This document shows, piece by piece, positions 26,151 through 39,610 of a stretch of DNA of 64,000 bases; the first letter of the stretch is position 1, and each line of letters starts with the position of its first letter. The notes beneath the pieces were generated by a model. That model saw only the letters and a list, made by a program, of their open reading frames with translations. It did no database searches and had not been told where the DNA came from. The stretch is from Azolla caroliniana (taxonomy: Eukaryota > Plantae > Polypodiophyta), in NCBI GenBank assembly GCA_043228905.1, contig JBHGNT010000003.1:4278001-4342000 (forward strand), written 5' to 3'. The translations under genes and the position numbers were made by a program.

Positions 26151-27925
26151 CCCCCCCCACCAAATGCCCTTATGTTTCCATTATTTCTCCAAATGCCCCT
26201 GGGCGACCTCACAACCAAAAGTAGATGTGCATATATGTATTGCCTCATAGCTTATGTACATAGAATTTCTTTTTCTTGATCGCCGATAGTACTCGAACAA
26301 TTGTATTTATAGCTTATTCATCCCCTTTTTCCTTTCTTTCAAGTGTTGATTAGGAGCACTTCGAGAAATAACAAAAGCATAACAATACTAAAATGTAGGG
26401 ATTTCATAGTTTGGTCTCACACTCAATGCTAAACAAAGGGGAGATCATACCAACATACCCCTAACATTTTGCATATTTAGCTAATTTCACTTTTCCAAGA
26501 CTTACCAGAATTCCCTTCCGTTGTATAAACCCAAGTTTTTGCATACTTATTTATATACCCTTCTCCTTTCCAAGTTCTAGTCTCTCAAATTTATCTCATC
26601 CTTCTTTTGTACATTCCTTTTGGTATTAATTTGTTATTATAGACTTCAAGCCATCCACGTAGCCATTCATGCATATTTACTGATAAATATAGTTTTAATT
26701 TGTTGACATATTACATAAAGGGAGTAACATATATTTTCTTTCGACTTTCACATTTCAATGTGGATATGTCATTGGGAGACCTATCCATAATATGGAGTTG
26801 AAGCATTCTCTTCTACTATTCTCCATATTTAGCCATGATTATCATTCAAATTCTTATGCCCAAGATTCACTTATCGCCCTTTCTTCTTGCAAGATAACAA
26901 GTTGTCCTGCATTACCAACACATCTATATGGCATTTCCTTCATGCTTCTTTTGTCAAGCTCAATTATTATCACAAGCTAAAACCATCAAAATATACTTGC
27001 TACTTTATTATGATATTCTCATAAGATTAAGACTAAAAGCACCGCACACAAAAAGCCAATTATTTTATTGAGATCTTTAAACCTTGCTTCCATGTGTTAC
27101 TTGTTGAAATGCTGTCCACCTTATTTATCACATTGTGCCATATATAGCTATATACATGCTCATAATTAATTGGTGTTCAATACTTGGTGAAATTCTGCAT
27201 GTCACATCACTAGATTAAGGAGACTTGTTCATATTAGTCTTAAAAGCATGCATAGCTTGCCCAGGTTTGATGTACATGCTTAGCAATGTTTGAGACTAGG
27301 ATTCTGCTCAAACTGTTATGACCACACAATATGACAAGGAGCCACACTGATAACCAGCTTATGTTATAAATGATAAAAGAGATGAATGTAGATAGAAGAC
27401 ACTTTATATTCATGACAATTGAAAAAAAGCAAAGAATTTTATTTGCCATACATCATGAAAAATACAAACTCAAAGATAAAGAAAAACATAAAAAAGTAAC
27501 CATATTACACTTCATTAAGATTGAAACAATGCTAGTTGTGGTGAACACCAACAATAAGAAACTGGTCACAAAGAAAATACCTAAATCATCGTATGCTGGA
27601 AACGTCATTACAACTCAATTTTGATTTATATTTTGTTATTTGAGTGTATCATTTCTCTATCAGAGGTTTAAAATGCATTGTGCATTCAATCAATTAAAAG
27701 GCCAACTTGGTGCCACAGGAAACACGTGAAATAGAGCTCTGTGAGATATAAGCAGTCATCAAATAAATCAGGTTTAAACTTTTGGGCGCTTTTTGTGCAT
27801 TCATTCGATCGATCAATCAAAGGCTAACAAAGCAAAAACTCCCCTATAGAACCTTCAATGGAAGGGGTAGATATAGAATCCATTGAACTATATCACCGAA
27901 AGAAATCACGCGCAAGATTTCTAAC

Positions 27926-30900
27926 CTAATCTACATTTAAGGAATTGAAAGAGCCAAAGATCACCCATGGATCTATCAAGAAGCCCATCCCTATAGCACC
28001 AGCTGTCTCTCCAACCATACATCCTGCAAAAGAATACACAACACAACGGAAAGTGTGCATAAATCCCTAGCAATGGACACCATTAAATCATAACCTACAG
28101 GGAATTGAGTTAAAAATGAACAAACAAAAAACTACTTTAAAAGCGTGAAGAAAGGTAATGAGATCTTCAAAAAGAAAGAAAAATGAAGATAGAAAATGTC
28201 TTCGATGGGAAAAGAGAAAACAAGTCCACGATGAAAAAAGAAATAAGTTGAAAAAGAAGGAAGAAAATGGGTTGAGTTTAAAGCAGGGAAAAGTTATACA
28301 CTCAAAATCAAGAAAGAAAAAGAGTTCAAAATTCAAGAAAGAAAACAAGGTAAAAAGTAAAGAAGATGAAGTCAGTTCTAAACAAGTAAAAGAAAGAATA
28401 AGTTTGAAGTGACGATGGAGAAAATGAGTTCATAGGGAATGAAGATAGTGGATTAAAAAGAAAGAAAGAAAGAAAACAAGTCCAAACTGAAGAATGAAAG
28501 ACATAAACGTCTCTGAAAGATCATATGGCATAATAGCCTTTGAGTGAGACCAATAAAAAGACTGAATATAGGTGAAGAAAGAAAACAAATTCAGTTAGAA
28601 ATGACAAAAGAAGAAAAGTTAGATGTGAAGAAACAATGATTTCAGATGAAGAAGCAAAACAGATTTCAAAGCTGAGAAAACAATAAGGGAATTAAAAAAT
28701 GAAGAACAAAATGAGTTGAAAAGTAGAAGAAACTAAATGAGTTAATAAATGAATAAAACAAAATCAGTTAAAAGTGAAGAAAACAAAATGAGCTAAAAGA
28801 AGATAGATGAGTTTAAATATTGAACGAAAAGAAAAAATGAGAGTTAAAAAGTGACAAGGATGAAAAAATACCAATCCACTGGCCGAGTGCCGGTCGAACC
28901 AATGTAGCACCAGCACCTGCTCCAACTGACGCCAATGCAAGGGATGCACCACATTTCAACGTGTTCCCGACCACCTTCCTCCACAGGATAACAAGCTCTT
29001 CCACCTCTATCTCATAGCATCCTTTTGTATTCCCTTCCTCTAGTTTCCTCTTCCGACGATGTAAATTCCGAACACATTTGTAGATATCAAAAATCAGCTG
29101 AACTAACCAACTTGCAGCTATAGCCACAGCATGACCTGTCATGTAGATGCATTCATATACGCTGGATTTTTATGTGTAAATATTCATTTTCCTAATTAAT
29201 ACTCCTAATGGGGAAAAAATGGAATGCAAATTTCAGAAACGATGCATTTTACTAATTTTTTCTTGCAAATATTCCATAGGAAAAAGAATAATTGAATGCA
29301 ATATGTGAATGAGGACTTTACTAATCTTAGTAGCATGCACTCCAAAGAGAAGAACACCTCAATGTCTAGGAATGAAGCTTTTGCTTACCCCTAAATGTTG
29401 TTTTCGTGACACCAAGGAACACCTCAAATTTTGAATCAAAGCGCAACGCTTTTCTCTCTGCAGATCGTTGGAGATCTGCATTAATGTTTTAAGTGAGAAT
29501 AGTTTTAGTTGTTATATAAACCACCAAAATAAATATAAATAAAAATGAGCAACAGGAGCTGTTCCCATATTTACAAACCAGACACAATACCTTTTAGTAA
29601 CTTCCAAGTGGTCCTCTTGGAAACATTCCGCAACACAATACGTTCTAATAATCGCCGTGTCGTCACAACTGTAACCTGTGAAATCTGGATAGTTAGCGTC
29701 AAATAAAATAACATATTGCATGCATCTTATTTAACACAATATAATACACTGCTTCCTATCTGTGAATGTATTGGATTTTTTTCATTTTTTCTTTTTAACA
29801 ATAATAAATAAATACATCAAGCTCAACTACTTATACAAAAACTATATTTTTTAAACCTGAAATATGGAACGATTTCAAACTTGACTTCTCAAAATGTAAC
29901 GAGGCAGTGGTAAGAAAATTTCAACAAAAGTCTCATCATGTCCATCAATCTCCACTTTAGCACCTCAATAAAATACTATCTGCCTAAGAAGACAACCTCA
30001 CTAAAGTAAACATGGATTTTATATGTTACCTGTGTTTATATAAATACAGCCAGAGTTCTGCAAGTGCAACATAGGTAGGTAGATACCTATTTTCAGATAT
30101 CAAGGCCAGACGCACCAATTCTTTCTGAGATCGTAGTTGGTTTTTACCTATGGGCAGCAGATGGTGGAGTATGTTGACACCTACCAGAATCTTGCAATAA
30201 TTGCAGCAACCACAGGTTCTATGGAGGTAACCTGCTAAGGCAAGAGTGCCCAAAGGATGTGCAGCTTTAAAAAAATGTGATGTTTCCTACATTGATCGAA
30301 ACATGGGAACCTCGTTTCTTTCATTTCAGAAACAGGCTGGCTTTTATTATCTGAGCATACCTATGACGTTGGAGGTCGACGCAGATCACACATATCCATG
30401 ATTGGAAGGATGATTCAAATAAGCCTTTTGTGCCCCATGAGATCACGACAGATTGTAATTGAGCCTCTGGCCAAATAAATATTCTTTGTACAGAACCCTG
30501 GAAGCTTCCTCAATGTTTACACAGAGTGGCTCTCAAGTCTTCACAACAGTTTGCCTTGGTGAGATGTTGATATGCAGAGAGAAGTTCATGGTTTGAGCTG
30601 GTTTTTGTAAAGTCTAAGTTCCACCTTACCAATACTTCAGGGACATGTACATTAACCCACCCAAAGATAAATAGTGTTATTAAACCAGATCTCTTTCAAT
30701 CAGATACCAGAAGAACTTGCTAGAAGATGGGGACAAGGATGGATTCCTATTGAGACCATCCTTAGTGCATCATAGTGTGTGGCTCCATGTTATTACCCAC
30801 CACATGGATATTCATCATATCGAATCTTCCTTATATTGCGACCAGGAGATACAAAGTCATACCTCTAGAACACAGAATGTGTGAAATAGGTCAGTAGAGC

Positions 30901-33900
30901 TTAAGACAGGGGACCATTACATTTGAATGGGCACAACCTACTGTGGGATTCAAAGGCACAGCATTTCCAACCAGGGTTTTGAAATTTTAGATTAGTCACA
31001 GGTTACTTCAATCTAAGATGCTTGGGGTGTTTATATACAGCACACATATGAGGAAACATAGTATTGTTGTTTTGCCTGAGAGATCAAGAGAAGGCAAGGG
31101 AGAGACTATATTGATGCTTTCTGTACTTCCACAAAGCTTTCAAATAGAACTTCAAGTGTCTCCAAATACTAGAAGCACTCAGGTTACCATCAAAGAGCTC
31201 TGGGGGTATCATCAGAGATCACACCACACGCTTTATTAGCAAGTAGTGAGTGAGTATGAGTGAGGTGCCTATCGTCTTTCAGAGTTCATTACTAGTGTCA
31301 TTGGTGTGAAGGAACACTGCCCATTTTCTGTCTTCAAACTCAGATAACAAGTTGGTCAACTACATCACATTGAATAGAGTAAGTAATTTATCATCCATGA
31401 TGAGGCCAATTTTGACCTTGGGACCAAATCAACATATCATCTTGCAAGTGACTCCTTTCTAACAAGTCAACACCCTTCTTGGTGGAAATTTGAGTATGAC
31501 ATTCACATGATCATGCCTGTCTAAAAAGTCATCATATTTCTCACAAATTATCTTATATGCTGAGCATGCGATAAGTGATATTCATACTCCACTAGGTTTT
31601 CATTGCATACATTGCGTATCTTCATATTTGGGCGATGATGCCATGATGCTACCTCAACACCTAACTTGTCTAACTGAGTTCCAAGAAGTGCTAAGGTTCT
31701 CCAAGGGCCAAGACTCATGGGAGTAGTGAGATGTGATAGGTACGTTCTTGCATTTTTTCATTGTATTGGGGTTAATATTTGCAATGTAGTATTCCAATTT
31801 TGACATTTTAGCATCTTGTCACTTCATCTTTAGCGCCTCTAGTAATCTATCCTCAATGATCACATACTTCATAGCATCACCTGAGAGCTCCAATAGATCT
31901 TTTACTCCCCATCTCTTAAACCATTTCATAACGTCAAGCACCCAACCACATGAGAGGATTTTGCTCTCATTAGATTTTCGCACCCTGCATCCTATGTTCC
32001 ACGCTTGTTTTGCCAATCTAGATCAGGCATATTCTTGACTTTTGTGATATACTTGTATATTCTTTGCATGGCTAATACCTCTATGGGCCAAGCACTTATT
32101 TCACGTGAGGAGTGGGTGGCAAATTTATGGTAGGTATATGGCAGGAATATGATATAAGACTTGCATGCAATGACTCAGAGACCATGACAAATGTTTGCTT
32201 AAGATCCAGACATTATCATGGTTTCTGAATCACATCCAAGTCTACAACACGTAGATGAGTTTTACGCATATGGGCTCACAAACTGTGCAATTAGGAGACA
32301 AACCCTTCACCACACAAGCCGAAGGGTATGTAAAGGCAGTAACTCATATGTTTGTCTACAGTCACTTTTATGAGCACTTAGAAACTGTGGTCCTGGAAAC
32401 TGGAGGAACAACCTTTGCACACTGAAGGGAGTGCCACCATGTTCTCTCTAGAGCACCATACATAGGATGGTTTTGGGCACTGATAACAGCAGCCCTCATG
32501 CACAAAGCAGCCATATGGGCACCTGAGGACTTTCAGATCACACATGAACACAAGGAGTCTTTGATCATATTTAAGCCAATCGTTCACCAAAGATAGAGTA
32601 CTTCTCTGCAGAACAAGCTACAATACCAGACACACATACTGACATATATGATATATCACAAGGTTAAATGAGGACACCTTCTCTTTCTCATCATAAATGT
32701 TTCCGGATAGAAGTTGTCGTAGGACAACAGTACCGCCACGAAACATAATCAATGAAGGAAAATCACTACTTTCTGTAGCTCCATCACTTCTCATGCTACA
32801 TACAAGTCAAACAAGAGCAATGCAAGTAGGGTCTGAACCACAATGTTTGAAAGGGATTACAATAGATTGGGCCATAGCAATATGCTGTTCATGTAGGTGA
32901 TCCAATTGGCCATGTCCATTAGACCATCCCCATCAACCTTGGGATCGACAAATCACAGCCATTATCATCCAACGTTGAAGGTGCTTCCCTCAATTTGGAG
33001 ACCTCTACGCCTTGTATCGACCCATTGGAGATCTTTTGAAGGCAGATGTGAAGTCATGAATATTAAGCATGTTATCTTGAGCTGTTTTGCAAATGTAGTT
33101 ATATTTCTTCTGGTTTTGTTCTCAAGGATAAGACAACATTTAAGATGTAATGTCTCATTCAATCCCATCGGCCATTTTGGCGGCTTAAAAACTTCAATGT
33201 ATATCTCTTTCTTTTTTATTCCAAATGTCCCTATACTTCCAATTCTCATTACAAATATATCTATACTTCTCTCTCATTAGTAATTTCTTTAGTACAGACT
33301 TCTCTTGCTTGCATGCAATTCATTAGTATTTCTGAGATTCATAAGGTATCACGCTGTGTACAATTACCTACCTCCCGAAACGCTGTCCATCCAGAACCCT
33401 TTAAAGCTGCCTCGTAATCAACAGACTCATGTGCCGCTGGTTCTTCTTCCTCAAAATCATCTTCATCCTGAGGCTTGAAACGCAACATATACGCCTCCAC
33501 AACTGGTTGGAAGTTCAGTAATAAGGCCCTTGTAATTGTCAATGTCAGAGCTCCAGGGCTAAATGCAGAAAGCATTGGTCTAAGTGTCACTCTGTACTCC
33601 TTTTCAAATAGTGGTTTACTGTATGGAACTCCAACTTCATATCTTCTAGCTTTCAAGTCTTCTATATCGGTTTCTTTGCGATGAAATTCTTCACAATATG
33701 CTGTAGGGGCTAGAAAATGCCTAAAAACAGAAGACACACCAATTGTGAGATGAATATGCACAAAGTTGCATTTTGAGGGAGTGGGGAGAAGACATAAATT
33801 GATTGTGCGTGTTCATTCTGTTTTGAGAATGAAGCAGTGAATTTTCCTATTGTGAAACTGCTACAACAGGGGGTAAATTACAGCATTAATCCGACTGAAA

Positions 33901-34913
33901 ACTGTGTTGATTAGAAAACAAAGGATCAGAACTCCAAATGATGAGTGGGAAACTGAATCAGTGATTTCCGACCTCAGAACAAAGTTTCAGGAATCTGCTA
34001 ACTCCTACCTCTGCATTCCTTGATTACCACACACACCAGAAACATAAATAGAAAACAATTATAATTCGGATATTCATAAGTTCCACAACAGGTGATCAAT
34101 AGGTTTAGCTCCTTTATTCTCACCCTAAACTTGAATAACCTGGATTTTCATGAGGTTTAAAGATTTTAGGACCATTTGATGTCCTTGAGCTGGATTTATG
34201 GAAACAAGATAACAGTGTCTTCCATAAATTTTTATAATGTTTCCATGAATTATTGGTTCCCAGGAAGTTCAAATTTCGACCAGAATTTTAGCAAATAAGT
34301 GTCCCTCAGAAATTATATGGTGGAACTTGTGTAAAGTACTGCAACCTTATTTATTCGCATCACTTGGAGCAAGAAGAATAGCCTCAAGATCTTTTAAAGC
34401 CCCTGTTTTATGTATGTTACGATGATGCAAATATTAGTATTCTAAACTTTCAAAGCCCGTTTAATGGATTAGCATCATACTCGAAAATGATCTTGTGGAG
34501 ACCATTTTCTTGTATAATCCTACAACACAAAATATTAGCATTATAAGCTTTCCAACCCCATTTCCTTGAATAGAAATAGATAAATAAGCAACAATATTCG
34601 AAATATAATACAAATAAAAATTGACATTTTAAAGCATTCGTAACAGTAATTTTTAATATGACACTCAATAAAAAAAATCAGAAGGAAATACTTGGGAAAC
34701 AAGGGGGACAGAAATAAAAGATAAGTGTAAATTTTACCTGGAGAAAGGATCGGAGCTATGGCGAGGAAGGAAGCCATAAACAGAAGCTGCAGAGGTAGCT
34801 GCAGAGAGAGCACAGAAAGATCCAACAGATTGTAGTAATGTAACGTGTTTTGCCACAAGAGAAGAAGAAGAAGAAGACCCTTGAAGCTCGAGGATTAGTG
34901 CTAATCCGCCCAT
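27926..34913 (-). CDS. Conserved plant protein of unknown function, 352 aa (resembles Arabidopsis At1g73470-type proteins, from memory). Exons 34913-34738, 33720-33372, 29675-29591, 29475-29389, 29135-28872, 28023-27926
   Basis: Six GT-AG exons total 1059 nt, in frame: MGGLALILEL...TAYCEE...REVTVVTTRRLLER...WKLLKD...KTTFRGHAVAIAASWLVQ...CGASLALASVGAGAGATLVRPALGQWIGCMVGE. Confidence 0.85.
28090..28860. repeat. Purine-rich degenerate repeat filling the last intron of the unknown-function gene
   Basis: Plus strand dominated by A and G, with recurring GAAGAAAACAAA/GAGTT-like units. Confidence 0.7.
31500..32100 (-). mobile_element. Degenerate LINE C-terminal fragment of a second subfamily
   Basis: AKQAWNIGCRV...GWVLDVMKWFKRWGV, followed by a decayed Cys/His motif (...NVCNENLVEYEYH). 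Confidence 0.65.
32760..33210 (+). mobile_element. 3' fragment of the main intronic LINE family
   Basis: Aligns by eye with 22770-23010 (KGITID[WQ]AIA) and ends in the family 3' motif at about 33110-33210. Confidence 0.75.
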
Positions 34914-35799
34914 GTTTCTCTTTACGTTTCTTCTGTTTTTCTCTTCAATTCTTCTCGTCTCTGCGTGTCTCCTTTTTCCTACATATACACAGAGTCCTCC
35001 CCCCCCCCCCCCACACACACACTCTGCTGCTTTCCATGAATTCGAGCCATACCCCCCCACACAGACACATACTTTTCACATAATTCCTGAATATACCCCT
35101 TCCATATCCTATTCTTGCCTCCTCTCAAGGGGGTCATGCCTTGAGGTCCCAATCTCCAAGTGGTCGATCATCCTCTCGGACCGGACCTGACTGGACAGAA
35201 CTGAACCGGACCCAACCAGATCACCCAGCTAATCGCCCATCATGTGGAGCAACTTTTCCTGTTACTACCTCCCATGAGACCCATGATCGTGTCGAAGTTC
35301 CAATGTGATTGATCGGCCTGTTGATCTCCCATCGTGGAGCATTTCTCGTTGATCAATCGGCCTGTTGATCGCCCATATTGGGTTCCATTCTCAACCCAGT
35401 GTCATTGATTGCCTGATCGCATTTTCCCAAATGGATTAACACGATTCTCATATATACCTCGGAGTGTTGCACTTCTGAGGGTCAATATCGAATCTTGAGG
35501 GATCGCCTTCCTCTCAGTGGGCTGACTGATGGATTGAGGAAAGTCACCCCCCAATGGCAAAGGTCACGTCACACATAAACACGTAGAAGCACTTACCTCT
35601 CCCCTCCATGCATCCCTAAAAGCCTAAAAGCCTTCTTAAGTTAATGTAAATTAGTTAGTGACCATCATCTTGGCAGAAGATCTCTAGTTCCTATCTCTCA
35701 CATGACTTTGGGTTGTGTCGTCAATCCTAGTGTGGTTGATCATCCTCTTGAGCCAAATTAGCTATCGATCATTGTTTTTGCAAGACAACACCTTGTGAG

Positions 35800-36330
35800 C
35801 TTGACATCTACCAAAAATACACTTTAACCTCTCACAAAAATCCTACGATACCCTTGCAATACGTGTATAAACATTTGGGACATCTACCAAACATACCTCT
35901 AACTTCTCAAGAAAATCCTTATGATACCCCAACAATATACATACATTTGGGACATTTGCCTTTTGCAACATTCCTACAAGACATTTGGGACATTTACAAT
36001 AAATGCCCTATCTTTTTGTGAAATTTCCTACAATACCTCTCCAAAATATATGTACATACATTTGGGATATCTATACAAAAATATTGGTAACTTTTTGTGA
36101 AATGCCCACAATGCCTCAAAAAATATATATTTGGGACATCTACCAAAATGACCCCTCATGTTTTCAAATCTCCAATTATGTATTTCATGATTCTCAAAAA
36201 TATTACTCTTGCTTTTTTCATAGAATACTATGTGTTTGGGATATGTATCAAACATACCCTTAATTACTCGTTAGGTTTTAATTTTCCTTAAAAATCCCTC
36301 TCATGTTTTCGAATTCCCTAAAATACCCTT
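35800..36330. repeat. Dispersed-tandem motif array (ATTTGGGACAT.TACCAAA / ATACCC), possibly a subterminal region of a DNA transposon
   Basis: TTTGGGA(C/T)AT occurs 6 times, at about 35875, 35946, 35984, 36061, 36130 and 36235. Confidence 0.65.
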
Positions 36331-38117
36331 CATATTTTTTAAGTTCTCATTCTCACAACACTAATCTTTAACTCCTTAAAGGTAAAAAGCATTCACAAGT
36401 TTAGCGAAGTTTTGACATCTTAGGAAACTCTTTTTCCATAATTTGTGCAAAGATAAGGAAACATTATCATCGTTCCAATATAGTAGATGGACAAATAATG
36501 CCATAAATATTATATTATTTATCCACGTGCTAAGCTACAAGCATTTCATACATTCATGCATCAATTATCTTTACCATGTTTTGCTCATGATATACACATA
36601 CAAATAGTGATTTCTTGGACTTGCCCACTTTTTGTGTTCTCGTGAACATCTTGATATCTCATTTCCAACCTATGCATTGCATAAATTTATAGTCATCAAT
36701 GATCTTTACTACGTGTGGCATGTGATAGATGCGTATAATAAGTGATTTCTTTGACTTTGTTACTTTATTTGTTTTCTCGTTGACATCTCAAAACTTTCAT
36801 TCTCCAACCAAAAATAAATCTTCATTCTTTAGTTCTTGATCAAGGAACCTCTTTACACTCATGCATTAAACAGTAAAACAACACATTATTGTCACCATCG
36901 TGGTTCACAAAACCCATCATGGTCATTGTTGTCATCTACTTCACTCTCAAGACTAAAAGAGGGTTGCACTCCCTTGTTGTTTCTATTGTCCGATTAGAAC
37001 ATAGAATAGATATTGTCCATGACAAATGGGTCTTTATCTTCAAAAGAATAAACATCCAAATAGAAAAAAAAAACACCAAACAAATCTACATTGTTAAATT
37101 TTGTGCATGCCCTATATGAATTACAAGTACCTACTTGCATTATTTATTCAAACAAAATCCATCGCAAGACTACGTCATTTTTCAAAATTGCATGAAATGT
37201 TAGAGAACCATCCACAAGGACCACATAAAATGATTGCTTTGCATAAATAGATGACGTCTCTTCACATGAAATACAAAATAAATGTCCTTAAAAGGCATTT
37301 ATTAAAGTCTAGAGAGGAGTTAATTGAGCTCTTTAAAAAGATTCCAAGCTCAAAACCATCTAGTTTTTGTGAATTTTAATGTTGTTTTTTGTTTGAAAGA
37401 AAAAAAATACAAATATATAATGCACACGTTGATTATCAATGTACAAAGAAATGAAAATGACTAACTAGAATAAGCACACATGCACACTCAACCTTGATAG
37501 GGAGTTGAGGACGAGGACAATTTACAATTAAGTTTCACAACAACTCGACAAAGTTTTCTGATAGGCAAATATGTGTTGAAATGATACTTACAAATTACAG
37601 TTATAGATCCTTGATGAAATTGTCTTCACACATGAGTATGAAGGGTTTCACATATCAACGAAGTGTTAAAGAGTATTTATATACTAAAGAATCACTTTGA
37701 AGTTGAGGTAAACTTCATGTTCCGTATGAAATGCATTGCCATCAACTTTGTCCCTTCACCATGAATTTGTAAATGCTGAAATGGTTCCAACTTGAACTTG
37801 CTCCAAAGAAATCTACATGTCTAAATACTATCGCAAGAAAATTGCATTCTCTCTTGTCTCTTCTCTAATATTCTTTTACTCTCTTTTTTTCCCACAAACT
37901 CCCTAACATATAGGAAATGCGGATGGTTCCTAAACTTAGTTTTTTAATTTTCATTGTTTATATTCCCTTCATATATATATACATTTATTTTTTGCTTTTT
38001 GCAAGTTGAGGTTGAAGGCTTCACAAACAAGCAATATTGTATGATCATAGAACCTTATGCCTTGGACTTGGTATTTGAATTTTTAAGGTTATGACATGAG
38101 CAACAATAACTCATGCA

Positions 38118-38520
38118 AAGCACCTAAGTAGAAGGGAAAGAGCCTATTCACCCTTTTGCTCCAAGGTAGAAATAGGTGTTTATTAAACTTGAGCTTTTGA
38201 AAAGCTCAAGTAGAAGGCGAGGAGATCATGCACCCTTATGTTATTGGAGTAAAAGTCCATGTTTATTAAATCTAAGGATGTGAAAAGCCCAAGTAGAAGG
38301 GAAGGAGCCTATCACCCTCATGCCCAATGTTTCTTAAACTTAAACTTATGAAAAGCCTAAGTAGAAGGGAAGGAGTCCATGTACCCTTAATCTATGAGAG
38401 TAAATTTTGATGTTAATCGAACCTAAGGCCATGAAAAGCCCAGGCAGAAGGGAAAGAATCCTACACACCCTTATATGTAGTGAGAGTAAAAGTCAATGTT
38501 TATTATTAAACTTAATGCTT
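38118..38520. repeat. Degenerate minisatellite, 5 units of about 68-83 bp, core AAGCC(C/T)AAGTAGAAGGGAAGGAG...CACCC
   Basis: Cores at about 38122, 38202, 38285, 38353 and 38436. Confidence 0.85.
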
Positions 38521-38958
38521 GTTGGAGTGTATGCAGGGGTTTCATAAAATCCAAACAATGTTGTCGAAAAGAGACTTTAGTGTGTCTATCTTTCAAAAAA
38601 CATATGCTCGAACACCTCTTCATAACCCTCTCATTCATCCATCAAGTCATATCTATCCGAAACTTGCAAAACATGTCATATAAAAACTTCCAAGGTGATA
38701 ACATCTTGAACCAATTAGTTCCTCACCACCATCGATTAAACGTCTTGAACTGATTCGTCCCTCGCCACCATTAATTGCAACATCCCACTAGCCTTGCACA
38801 AGTCGAAGTCAGGCACACTACGACGTGGATCCCGACCACATGCACATAACTCACTGCATATGTAAGTGCCGGAATGTGATGTGAAGAATGAACATGCCAA
38901 ACTCCAGTCACAAATGTGGCTTCAGATGCTCATGTTTTGCGACGCACAACACACAAAG

Positions 38959-38992
<34 letters not shown>

Positions 38993-39249
38993 CCATAGTA
39001 CGTAATATACTCTAATGCATCGGCAAACATTCATTTCCGTATGAATGAAAACGAATGCGTAGGTTATCAAAACAATCTTATGGTTTTTTTTACACTTTTT
39101 ACCTTACTTCTAGGCTGTTTACCATACTCGACGGATTGAAACATTCTCGAAGGCGAATGCACGTATGGTTCATACTATGCACACATCCATCATCAAAATC
39201 AAGATTCATAATAATGTCTGAAAGACCCAAAAAAATGAATATAAATTTT

Positions 39250-39280
<31 letters not shown>

Positions 39281-39306
39281 TTGTTTTTGTTGCTTTTGTT
39301 GTAAAG

Positions 39307-39341
<35 letters not shown>

Positions 39342-39610
39342 CCTTCATTCATTCCACTTCCTGTTTATTTTATTTTGTTGCCCTTCTTCTTCCGTCGTCT
39401 AACCCTAATTTCCTCGTTCGATCCTTCGATCGATCGATCGATCGATCGCACACCTCAGATCCGCTCTCGCAGTATCACGCGGCGAATTCTTCATCGACAC
39501 GAGTCTCTCCCCCTCTTTCGTCCTCTCCCCCCTGCTTCAGAGAGCTTTAATGGGAGCTCGCTGCCAGTTTTAGCTGTCGATTACTCCTTTTCGCAATCCT
39601 CCCCCCAGAA

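Noticed and set aside
28088-28412. Lys/Glu-rich and Phe-rich ORFs
   Set aside because: Low-complexity intron sequence.
30200-31450. Coding-like intronic sequence in the unknown gene
   Set aside because: No recognisable motif or consistent frame. Probably decayed TE, but I cannot support a call.
34738-34777. MASFLAIAP as the main start of the unknown gene
   Set aside because: The upstream MGGLALILEL start matches the family N-terminus as I recall it and splices in frame. Kept only as a possible minor isoform.
38118-38520. Repeat-spacer appearance resembling a CRISPR array
   Set aside because: Cores are degenerate, the intervening parts resemble each other, there are no cas genes, and the context is plant nuclear DNA.
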